IMG/VR virus record: IMGVR_UViG_3300036939_000082
Location: 1-64,000 of that record
Direction: 5' to 3' (one strand)
Length of the DNA stretch: 64,000 nt
Origin: a virus
Shown here: piece by piece, positions 39,108-47,652 of the stretch
Numbering within the stretch: position 1 is the first letter of the stretch
How the letters are laid out: each line of letters begins with the position of its first letter
Notes under the pieces: generated by a model
What the model was told of the DNA's origin: nothing
What the model saw: the letters and a program-made list of their open reading frames with translations, nothing else
Databases searched by the model: none
Program-made: the position numbers and the translations under genes

Positions 39108-39326
39108 CTAATCTGATTTTTTGTTTTTTGGAGTACAGTATTCCTCAACCCATTGCTCGATCTGCTGCTGCGCTTCACGCCGACCACCGGCTAGCTTTTC
39201 AAATTGGGCGATCGTTCCGACTTCCAGAAAAACCCAATACTGCTGTCGCTTCTTTTTTGGCGGTACTTTGGGACGACCGGCTCCTTCGCGCTTACCACCT
39301 CGACTCATCTCTTTTAATTTTGTCAT
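39108..39326 (-). CDS. Small DNA-binding protein (RGGKREGAGRP motif)
   Basis: AT-hook-like motif plus RHH-like segment. Confidence 0.6.
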   Translation of the reverse strand: MTKLKEMSRGGKREGAGRPKVPPKKKRQQYWVFLEVGTIAQFEKLAGGRREAQQQIEQWVEEYCTPKNKKSD

Positions 39327-39683
39327 TTATTTTTCTTAAAACTATTGACAGTGCTTTTTGATTATGGCATAGTTTATTTAACTGATACAAAGTACGTCTA
39401 ATGTTTCATTTGATTTTCCAGCAATACAGTTAAGTTTTGGAGCGCTAGTTTAAAAATGAGCCAGAAACAGTATTTCAAAGATACTAACGTTCGAGATACT
39501 TGTTCTGCATTAAGTATTGCCGAAGTTGAATCGTTTGTAGAAGGTCAAGTTATTGATGGGATGTTGACTGTCAAGGGTCAACGAATTGATGTTGACTTTG
39601 TTGAAATAGAAAAAAAGAAGCGGATCGAGAACTAGATAGGTGGATTATTAGCGAGTATGGCTAATTGCTGATTCACTATTTTT

Positions 39684-40406
39684 TTGAATGTCTTAAAAAC
39701 ACAAATACGAACAAAAATAATGAACTCATCTAAATTTACCCGTCCTTCTTTGGCTGAATATTCTCAAGGCTATTATCAGGCAGCCCCAGTCGAGTCAATC
39801 TGCAATAATTCGTACAAATTGATTGAGCAGTGGGAAATCCCTGTTTTAGAATCTGGGGAAATCCTTGTATACGGGGTGCGTCTCGTTCCCTCTCAAAAAG
39901 CTAAAATTAAAGTCTATTTTGGCTCAAGATCTAAGCGAGCAGTTGTTTGGTCTGAAGACCAACCATATAAAATGATGGGCGTTAGCTACGATTGCTATGG
40001 ACTTAAATTCAAAGAACAAGGGGATACTGTTTCGGATGAAACTATTGAAAGATACCTTGTTAATAATACAAGTCACGGCGTGTTGTACTTATCTTTTACT
40101 GGCGTTTCAATAAATTGCACTGACGAAAACTGGAAATTGCATCTTTCTAAGCCAGAGAAATATCTGAGCTGGACAGGTTCGGAACGTTTTTGTTCATCGG
40201 AAACCAATCAAATTTTTCAAAAAATAGCAAAACAAGTAGGCTGCACGGTTCCCAGAAGAGTTTTTGTACAATGCAACTGGCAATTGGAAGCTAACAACAA
40301 ACAAAACATTACGCCACGAAAAACTTCTTATCTAAAAATTTGCAGAGATTTGTCAATAGTTGAGTACAAATCTGCTGACGATGTTATGGTTTCTATCCAT
40401 TTTTGA
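39684..40406 (+). CDS. Hypothetical protein
   Basis: 240-aa ORF. Confidence 0.55.
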   Translation: MNVLKTQIRTKIMNSSKFTRPSLAEYSQGYYQAAPVESICNNSYKLIEQWEIPVLESGEILVYGVRLVPSQKAKIKVYFGSRSKRAVVWSEDQPYKMMGVSYDCYGLKFKEQGDTVSDETIERYLVNNTSHGVLYLSFTGVSINCTDENWKLHLSKPEKYLSWTGSERFCSSETNQIFQKIAKQVGCTVPRRVFVQCNWQLEANNKQNITPRKTSYLKICRDLSIVEYKSADDVMVSIHF

Positions 40407-40516
40407 GGATTTGGTGAAAACAAAATTTAAATATTACTAATTTTCAAAATCCAAGAGCCAGCAATTAATGCCCGATCGCCCACAGTCTCAAATTTCACCT
40501 AATTGAACGTGACCCA

Positions 40517-40954
40517 TTGAACGCAAACAACTTAAACCCTATGCCAGTAAAAGGATTTCGACAACTCCGCGTTCCGACGCGCACTTTTGAAATAGAGTTC
40601 AAACACCGTCCGCCGGATGACGCAACGGGCGATCGGGAAGTGTTAATTAAGACCGAGCAAATACAAGTTCCGGATGTTGGTAATCGTGAATGGGAGAAAC
40701 GGTGGGCAATGATGACCGTATGGAATACTTTTTCCAATCCGGAAGCGAAAGAACTTGGAATTAACCAGGCTTTCATCTTTTCTAAGGATTTTCGGGAATT
40801 GGTTTTTCGGATTGAACTCAATCCTTTCACGGACGAAGAAGCACACAAGTTGGATGTGCCGGCGCAGCAAGAATACGATCAATGGCTGGCGGCAGTGCGG
40901 AAACAGTTTAAGAAGCGCTATGGCGTCGAACTCGACGATTGGATGGGTACTTGA
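40517..40954 (+). CDS. Hypothetical phage protein
   Basis: 145-aa GC-richer ORF. Confidence 0.6.
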   Translation: MNANNLNPMPVKGFRQLRVPTRTFEIEFKHRPPDDATGDREVLIKTEQIQVPDVGNREWEKRWAMMTVWNTFSNPEAKELGINQAFIFSKDFRELVFRIELNPFTDEEAHKLDVPAQQEYDQWLAAVRKQFKKRYGVELDDWMGT

Positions 40955-40986
40955 TGTTGCGGGCGATCGTCCGCTGCATTGCTGAC

Positions 40987-41388
40987 CAAAAAACTGGGTA
41001 CAAGCCCGTCCTTCTAGAACGGCTTTAGTTAAGAGTTATGAATAACCAAAGATATGCTTTGTCAGACTGCTACAGTTAGGGATGTTGCAGCAGCGCAAGT
41101 AGTTCTAATTAGAGGACTTGCAGCCGTGGGACACACGGTGAAGATGCTTGGGGAGGGTAAATTCATTGGAATCCCTACAAACCAAGAAGCTTAGTTTGGT
41201 ATTGTCAACTAGCCTATTATTTCCATTAAAAGATCAAACAGCAAGCACTTGTGTGAAAAAGCTCACAACCCAGTATGGTGTAATTAATTGCAGTCGTAGG
41301 GCATACGGTAAAGAAGCTTTTGGAGGGTTAACTCAGTAGAGTCCCTATGAAGAAAGAATCCCCACGCCTTTAGGCTGGGGAGTGTCAA
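40987..41388 (+). mobile_element. Non-autonomous IS200/IS605 derivative (402 bp) with tnpB 3' remnant and duplicated right-end scaffold
   Basis: Left end CAAAAAACTGGGTACAAGCCCGTCCTTCTAGAACGGCTTT after TGAC; remnant peptide RDVAAAQVVLIRGLAAVGHTVK; right end AGAATCCCCACGCCTTTAGGCTGGGGAGTGTCAA. Confidence 0.85.
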
Positions 41389-41618
41389 GCAATCGAATAC
41401 GGAGGTACTGCGAGCCCGGGTTCTTTTAGTTTGTTCGTTCTTGGGTTGGGGCGATCGGTGCTACAATATTAACTGGCAGACAAGCGACAAGCCAACCGAA
41501 AGCAAAACCCGCAGATTGAGAGAGACTGCGGGTTTTGTTTTTCTTGAGGGGCGATTGTTGGGTTTTGGCTTTTACAAAAGAATCGATTTTATTTTTGTGG
41601 ATTCAATCGACCTTTTTG

Positions 41619-42161
41619 CTAGCGATCGCCTAGAAAATCCTCAAATATTGCACCCCGTTTAATCAGATATTGCTTCATCGATTTAGAAATGACGGAGTTT
41701 GAGTTGAATCGGGCTTTCTCAACATTAGTCTGACTTAAGTCAGCACCGCTCAGGTCAGCACCGCTCAAGTCAGCACCGCTCAGGTCAGCACCGCTCAGGT
41801 CAGCACCGCTCAAGTCAGCACCGCTCAGGTCAGCACCGCTCAGGTTAGCACCGCTCAGGTCGGCATCACTCAGATCGACATCACTCAAGTTTCGATCTGT
41901 GATTCCCTGGGTAACAAGTTCTCGTACTAGATGCCACTTGTTGTTGATTTCGTTGTTATTGTCATCCTTTGAGTGTTCACTCAAGATTTGAACACTTGCA
42001 ATAGGAAAACCGCTTATTTCTTCTAATTCTCCTGACTTGATGCGAGATACAAGGCGTTTGACATATTCTTGAGAACCTTCTACCGTTAATACGGTACTGT
42101 GTGCAGGATTCTTATTTTGGTTGTCAACAATTCGATCGCCCGGAACTAATTTCTTTTTCAT
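41619..42161 (-). CDS. Pentapeptide repeat protein
   Basis: (SGADL)n encoded by near-perfect 15-bp tandem repeats at about 41735-41870. Confidence 0.9.
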   Translation of the reverse strand: MKKKLVPGDRIVDNQNKNPAHSTVLTVEGSQEYVKRLVSRIKSGELEEISGFPIASVQILSEHSKDDNNNEINNKWHLVRELVTQGITDRNLSDVDLSDADLSGANLSGADLSGADLSGADLSGADLSGADLSGADLSGADLSQTNVEKARFNSNSVISKSMKQYLIKRGAIFEDFLGDR

Positions 42162-42204
42162 CTTTGTTTAAAGTGTGGTTTTGTTTTTTTTGAGGGACGA
42201 TCGG

Positions 42205-42320
42205 CTATTCCCACCAAATTTCTTTAACAGGACGGCTCCAATCTGTTTCGGGGTGCATATTTTCTGGGGTAACTCCCTCCATTAGCTGTTCTAGTGTTGA
42301 AGGCTTTTTACGATTGTCAT
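42205..42320 (-). other. MazE C-terminal (toxin-binding) peptide coding segment; short ORF or frameshifted remnant
   Basis: Frame gives KPSTLEQLMEGVTPENMHPETDWSRPVKEIWWE*. ATG 42282 gives 25 aa; ATG 42320 is one base out of frame. Confidence 0.6.
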
Positions 42321-42378
42321 TTGTTTTTGCTTTATAGGATTACCAAGTTATTATATACTCTAATACATCGATTAGAGG

Positions 42379-42684
42379 TTGTTCTTTATGAAACGAGACG
42401 AAATTAAGCTCAGTTTTATAGAGACAGACAACGAGTCAATTAGCGAGACTTGTAGGTGCGAATTTTGCGATCGCCCTATCCGATTTTACCGATATAAAGG
42501 ATGGCTCTTTAACAACTATGTCGTTCAAAATACAGATGGTAGCGTTCACCGTCGCTGCGATCGCCCGGTAGCATGGTCGCCGTCTCGCAGGGATATTCCA
42601 GATGGCTGGGAGTATTGGCGACCCGACAGCGATGACGATCGCGCGTGTTACATCATAAAAAAGTACACTCGTTTTGAAAAGTGA
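42379..42684 (+). CDS. Hypothetical protein (CxCxxC ... HxxC)
   Basis: ORF; probable ATG at 42388. Confidence 0.5.
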   Translation: MFFMKRDEIKLSFIETDNESISETCRCEFCDRPIRFYRYKGWLFNNYVVQNTDGSVHRRCDRPVAWSPSRRDIPDGWEYWRPDSDDDRACYIIKKYTRFEK

Positions 42685-42794
42685 TCCACTATCAAAAAAT
42701 AGACCCGCATCTTTGTTTAAGAGCAATTGGAGCGGGTTTTAATTTTGGGGCGATAGCTGTGCTATTATGTCATGATACATACTGAGGTAACATC

Positions 42795-43058
42795 GTGGAA
42801 ACAAGGCAACAGCGGTACGAGCAAACTAAAAAAGGTAAACAAACGCGACAAACGGCAATTGCCGCTTATAGAACTAGGCGGGTCAAATGGGAAGTTTGGT
42901 TAACTCCGGAAATATCAAAGGCCCTAGAAGCTTCAATCCCTGACGGGGAAAGCAAATCAGAGTTTTTGAGAAAAATTTTACACAAGCACCTTGACAGGGT
43001 AGTTTTCATGATACATACTGTAGGGGAGCCTGATGAAATAAAAACAAAAAATGACTAA
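42795..43058 (+). CDS. Small putative DNA-binding protein
   Basis: RHH-like C-terminus (SKSEFLRKIL); flanked by a repeated 15-mer. Confidence 0.5.
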   Translation: METRQQRYEQTKKGKQTRQTAIAAYRTRRVKWEVWLTPEISKALEASIPDGESKSEFLRKILHKHLDRVVFMIHTVGEPDEIKTKND

Positions 43059-43353
43059 CCCAGAAATGTCGGAATTAATTGCTCAATCTGAAGCTGAAAT
43101 TGCTGCGCTCAAAGCTAACCTCGATCGAATGCAGGAGCGTCACGATTTACTCAATGCTGTCGAAGCGGTGCGCGAATCTATTTTGTTGCACCTTGACCGG
43201 GCGATCGAAATGTTAAATAAAGTCGCCCCGACTCAAGTTGCAACGTTCAAAAGTGAAATTGACGCAAAGTTTGAAGCGGCAGAATGGCGATCGGAATGTA
43301 ATGCTAGCAAAATTGGAGAGATAGTATTCGTCGAAACCAAGATGAAGAGTTAG
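43051..43353 (+). CDS. Coiled-coil hypothetical protein
   Basis: 100-aa ORF. Confidence 0.55.
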   Translation: MTNPEMSELIAQSEAEIAALKANLDRMQERHDLLNAVEAVRESILLHLDRAIEMLNKVAPTQVATFKSEIDAKFEAAEWRSECNASKIGEIVFVETKMKS

Positions 43354-43427
43354 TAGTTTAACGGCGATCGGGGTTGCGCATCGTACACGCGAAATTTTAA
43401 TTTTCTAAAAATGCAAAAAGAGACAAT

Positions 43428-43928
43428 ATGACTAGCTACATTGAACTTTTGATTGAAAATCTACAGTTACGCACGAAAAAAGAACGCCTGACTATAGAAA
43501 AGAAAAGTCTGAAGACGGAAATTGAACGCTTGACTAAACAATTAGAACACATGAAGGCATTAAGAATTGAAATGCACAACGCATTTAAGCACGATCGCCC
43601 GATAGGTACAATGAAAGAAGTAGGCAGGGAGTCGCTAGAGTTTAACTGTGATGGCACTGGTGGAACGATTCACATAGTGAAATACGTTGATGATAGTGGT
43701 ACTTCTTTTATATACACAGAAGGGTTTGCCGAAAACGGTGATATAGCTCCTAAATTGTTCTGGCTAGGATATGCTGTTTTTTTCTTAGCTGAATGGCTAG
43801 GGCAACTAGGTTTTGTTTCTGTACCCGATCGGTTTGTAAAACTTTGTGAGGAAAATCCTAAATTTTTGGGTTTTGTTGATCGGGAGTTTCAACGGATCCG
43901 CGACACAAACCGAGGTGATAATACATGA
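43428..43928 (+). CDS. Hypothetical protein
   Basis: 166-aa ORF. Confidence 0.55.
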   Translation: MTSYIELLIENLQLRTKKERLTIEKKSLKTEIERLTKQLEHMKALRIEMHNAFKHDRPIGTMKEVGRESLEFNCDGTGGTIHIVKYVDDSGTSFIYTEGFAENGDIAPKLFWLGYAVFFLAEWLGQLGFVSVPDRFVKLCEENPKFLGFVDREFQRIRDTNRGDNT

Positions 43929-44269
43929 AAAACCGCAAATTAGTCGAAGTTAAAGTTTTTGAACCTGCAAAACACTCCTCACTAGGAGAATGTAAAATAG
44001 ACGGACAGTTCTCTCATCTCGATCGCCACCGATTCACTAATTGCTGGCAAAAACCTTTACCCAGCGGAGCTATTAGGTGCTGGCAACTAGGTTGCCAAGG
44101 TCGCTGGGATTTTGTAGACGGCGTTTGCCTTGATTTTCTTGGTCGGTATCGCGCTGAGATTGTTGGGGAAATTTCGCGCGATCGCCAAGGAGAGAAAGAT
44201 AGATTTGTTTCCGCTGATGCAGCACAATTGAAATTTTTTACACAAAACGAAAACTTTTCCAAGGATTAA
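43925..44269 (+). CDS. Hypothetical protein
   Basis: ATGA overlap. Confidence 0.5.
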   Translation: MKNRKLVEVKVFEPAKHSSLGECKIDGQFSHLDRHRFTNCWQKPLPSGAIRCWQLGCQGRWDFVDGVCLDFLGRYRAEIVGEISRDRQGEKDRFVSADAAQLKFFTQNENFSKD

Positions 44270-44270
44270 A

Positions 44271-45299
44271 ATGAACACTCAACTGACACTTGCACTCGAC
44301 ATATTCCCCGACGCCAGTCTAACTTTAGAGCAAAAAATCGAATGGAGTTTAAAAGTTTTTGACAGTTTAGACGAAGAGAAAGAGTACCGACTTGCTTTTA
44401 GTGGAGGTAAAGACAGCCACGTATTACTCGGAATATACTTAAAGTGGCGCGAGTCTCGTCAAAAAAACTTGAAGTTAAATGTGGTCTTTTCTGATACGTT
44501 GCTAGAAAGTCAGCAGCTTTACAGTCTGATCGAATTGACAGAGAAGACTTGCAAGGCAAAAGAAATCAACTTTATTCGAGTTAAACCCTTGTTAGAACAC
44601 AATTTTTGGGTAATTCTGTTTGGACTGGGTTATCCTGTACCGAATCACAGGGTTAGATGGTGTACAAGCCGTTTAAAAATCGATCCAATGGAAAAGACCC
44701 CGGGCATCGGCATTACGGGTTCTCATTTTGGAGAGAGTACAAAAAGAGACAACAGACTAAAAAAATGCGGTTCCAACGAATGCGGTATCAATGAATTATC
44801 TAATACTGTTGAACCTTTAGCAATCTGGCGAAACTGCGATATCTGGGATTGGATAATACTGTACTCTGACAGTATTATCTATAACGGAGTAAGCAGTCAA
44901 TTATTGTCCACATACAACATAGCAGAAGATAAAAATGGGAGCTTGAGAATGGGTTGTTTTATGTGTCCCGTGATAGCTCAGAGTACAACAGTTAAATTGG
45001 TAAACGATGGCATCGTGTCTCCAATTACCCTCAAAATTCGGGAGATTCTTGAAATTTTGCGAAAAAAACCCAGGATTTTATCGCAAAGGACTAAAAAGAA
45101 TGGGGCAATTTTAGTGGACGCTAGAATCGAAGTTTGGGAAAAAATGAAACCTTTTTTTCCTGTACTTTTAGAAAACAACTGGATTCAGCCCGAGGTAATA
45201 CACTTGGTTGAAGAAATGTTGTCTAAGAGAACTTACCCCCCAACCTACAAACAAGATTGGATAAAAGAACAGGAACAACTTCTCAAAAGTTTAGACTAG
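44271..45299 (+). CDS. PAPS-reductase-family (DndC-like) PP-loop protein
   Basis: FSGGKDS, RWCTSRLKI.P, RMGCFMCP. Confidence 0.85.
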   Translation: MNTQLTLALDIFPDASLTLEQKIEWSLKVFDSLDEEKEYRLAFSGGKDSHVLLGIYLKWRESRQKNLKLNVVFSDTLLESQQLYSLIELTEKTCKAKEINFIRVKPLLEHNFWVILFGLGYPVPNHRVRWCTSRLKIDPMEKTPGIGITGSHFGESTKRDNRLKKCGSNECGINELSNTVEPLAIWRNCDIWDWIILYSDSIIYNGVSSQLLSTYNIAEDKNGSLRMGCFMCPVIAQSTTVKLVNDGIVSPITLKIREILEILRKKPRILSQRTKKNGAILVDARIEVWEKMKPFFPVLLENNWIQPEVIHLVEEMLSKRTYPPTYKQDWIKEQEQLLKSLD

Positions 45300-45332
45300 A
45301 GACAAAATACCGATCGCGCAATCGTCTACAGC

Positions 45333-45362
45333 AAAAACCCAGCAAATGTTTGCTGGGTTTTT
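45333..45362. terminator. Bidirectional terminator
   Basis: AAAAACCCAGCAAAtgTTTGCTGGGTTTTT between convergent genes. Confidence 0.75.
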
Positions 45363-45389
45363 GCGTGTAAAGTATCGGTGTAACCGCTT

Positions 45390-45875
45390 CTATTGCATGA
45401 TACAATTTGGCAGCGCTTTCTGAAGCGAGCTTTTTTCTTCTCGACTAATTTCATTTCCGCCAATATAAAGCTCGGCTAAGTTGTGCAGCGAGCTTAACGG
45501 CTCAAGCGTTGTAATTTTATTGCCTGACAAGTTTAACCTTGTCAGATTGGTTAATTTCGCTAGGGGTGCAACATCGACAATTTGGTTGTCGTCTAGATAG
45601 AGCCACGTCAGATCCAGCAGCGATCCCAGTGAGCTGAGGTTGACTATTTTATTTTGTCTCAAGTCTAGGTGTATCAACTTGAACAATGGTTCTAGCGGAC
45701 TGATGTCGCTGATTTTGTTTCCCTTCAACCAGAGATACATCAGGTGCGTCAATTCACTGAAAGGCTGCAAGTCCTCAATTCCTTTGTCCTCGACAGCTAC
45801 ATCCGTCAGCCTAGTGATTTCGCTGATTTTAGGTAGCTGTTCTGCCGTGTACTGGTCGGGGTATATGTACGTCAT
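45390..45875 (-). CDS. Second stand-alone LRR protein
   Basis: About five 22-aa LRRs (L.L.GNKISDISPL). Confidence 0.9.
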   Translation of the reverse strand: MTYIYPDQYTAEQLPKISEITRLTDVAVEDKGIEDLQPFSELTHLMYLWLKGNKISDISPLEPLFKLIHLDLRQNKIVNLSSLGSLLDLTWLYLDDNQIVDVAPLAKLTNLTRLNLSGNKITTLEPLSSLHNLAELYIGGNEISREEKSSLQKALPNCIMQ

Positions 45876-46075
45876 TAGGTGTATGAGTAAAAATCTGTTT
45901 TGTTTTTGATGGTATCACAAGTTGTGGCACTACGCAAACGAAAAGCCTCTCGGTTAAGTACCAAAGGACTTTTTCGATATTTAATTGGTAAACTAAAAAT
46001 TTACACAAATGCTTTAAGATGTAAATAGCGTGCTACTAGGCTGCTTTTTCCATCACTGACAAGGACTAAACCAAT

Positions 46076-46495
46076 ATGACTTTTAAAGAATCTCGTTTTT
46101 TGCTTCGCTTTGACGAATTTGCGCCAAAAGCTTTCTTGATCGCCTTAGCAAAATTTGAAGGAATTTTTTCCTCTGACTTGATACATCAAGTGAATCAAGT
46201 AGGCGATGCTTTAATCGGTAATGAATTAGAACAAACATCTCAACTTATTTGTATTGCCCAAAAAGATGTTATTTTTTACGAGGTTTTCAAACAGGCTTAC
46301 GAGGACTTGCTGGAAGTTGACAGTGAAAATGCAAGTTACTTTGATAAATCAGATATATGCTTGCGACGGACTGGTGATGATATTGAGAGATTTTTAACTA
46401 CTCCCCTGAGTGATGCAAATCCTCAGACTGCGGTCAAAAGACTTTTTGGAGGAGCAGATAATTTAGTTGAACGGGTTTATCAACTGAGATTTTGA
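46076..46495 (+). CDS. Hypothetical protein
   Basis: 139-aa ORF between duplicated promoter segments (45901-45947 and 46591-46637). Confidence 0.55.
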   Translation: MTFKESRFLLRFDEFAPKAFLIALAKFEGIFSSDLIHQVNQVGDALIGNELEQTSQLICIAQKDVIFYEVFKQAYEDLLEVDSENASYFDKSDICLRRTGDDIERFLTTPLSDANPQTAVKRLFGGADNLVERVYQLRF

Positions 46496-46734
46496 TTTGA
46501 TCTGTTATCGTAGTTAGTACCCAGCTAAGTCATTAGACGTTTTGGAAAAGGTTCACTTTTTTGTTCGGGTCTACAGAGGTGAGACTGCTTTGTTTTTGAT
46601 GGTGTCACAAGTTTTAACGGGACGCAAACAACAAGCCCTTCAGTATTTAAATGAAAGGCTTGTTGTTTGCGTTGAAAGCTACGAAGCATCAATCTCTATC
46701 CAACCAGGATTTGGTGTGTAAATTTCACAACTCT

Positions 46735-47097
46735 TTAAGTGTGTTGTGTGTCCCAAAAATTAGCTAATGTCTGAACCTCTTTACGCCATTCTGCCGTCAA
46801 ACTGTACATTCGACGGGGGCGACCGCGCCCTTCTGTCTTTTTCCAGTAGGGTTTTGTTATCCCCTCTTTCTCAAGAAAATTTAATGCGACATAAAGTACC
46901 GTATCAGAAACCTGATAAACAGGAAATTTTTCTTTCAGTTTGTCCATCAGTTCTGTTCCGTAGGAATCTCCCTCTAATAAAACCGAAAGGATGTAACATA
47001 CTGCCTCTTCTGGGTTTAGGTAAATAGGGGGTGGGAATTGAAAATATTGATAAATTTTTGCGAGGCTGAGCCGTGAATTCGTTGGGTTGTGGATCAT
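46735..47097 (-). CDS. pex: Pex-like PadR-family regulator (circadian period extender homologue)
   Basis: IYQYF..PPP.YL..E.AVCYIL.VLL.G.SYGTEL...L....P.Y..SDTVLY.AL.FLE......YWKK.EGRGRPRRMY.....W....LA..W matches cyanobacterial Pex as recalled. Confidence 0.85.
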   Translation of the reverse strand: MIHNPTNSRLSLAKIYQYFQFPPPIYLNPEEAVCYILSVLLEGDSYGTELMDKLKEKFPVYQVSDTVLYVALNFLEKEGITKPYWKKTEGRGRPRRMYSLTAEWRKEVQTLANFWDTQHT

Positions 47098-47288
47098 TGG
47101 TTTTGTTGATTCTAATACTTTTATTAGTTTAGCACGATAAAACGTTTAGCAGTTTATTTCGATCGACAGGTTTTTGTTTTTTACGGTTAGAGATTACGCA
47201 GTTTGTTTGCCTAAAATGTGGCAGTGAGGCGGATATATAGAATTTTGCGATGTTATTGTTTTGATTTATAACAAACCTTGATTTAGTA

Positions 47289-47574
47289 TTGCTTGTAACT
47301 CTCCCCCGTGCTAGAATGAATTATAAAATTTTCAGGAAAGCCCATAAGACGGTAACATTCCTTCAGTGTCAGCTTTCTCACTACATCTTGCTCGGGAATG
47401 TAGATAAAAAACCTACCCGATGTTTCTTGCGAAGGAATTGTGGGATGTACTCCATCTACCGAATAAATGCGATTAGGTTGTCTGTGAACTCTCGATAAAT
47501 GTATCGAATTGTTTACCGGGCAAGCCGACTGACTGAACCAAGAATCCTCGTACCTTTAGGTCGAAGAGTGTCAA
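47289..47574 (+). ncRNA. Orphan IS200/IS605 right end (omegaRNA-like) with upstream promoter
   Basis: TTGCTT-N17-TAGAAT (47289-47317); hairpins CTACAT/ATGTAG and TCGATA/TATCGA; end AGAATCCTCGTACCTTTAGGTCGAAGAGTGTCAA; no left end or tnpB seen. Confidence 0.6.
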
Positions 47575-47652
47575 GCACTATGCAAAACGTGAATTTGAGA
47601 TTGAGGTAGAAATAATAACCTGCAATTATTGCTACTCCGATCACCCGCTCTT

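Noticed and set aside
40517-40954. Tail tube protein
   Set aside because: Size and GC fit a structural gene, but no tube motif was recognised; left as hypothetical.
41209-41228. Self-target of omegaRNA guide 1 at about 63535 (TAGCCTATTA)
   Set aside because: Only a 10-nt AT-rich match with no TAM; consistent with chance.
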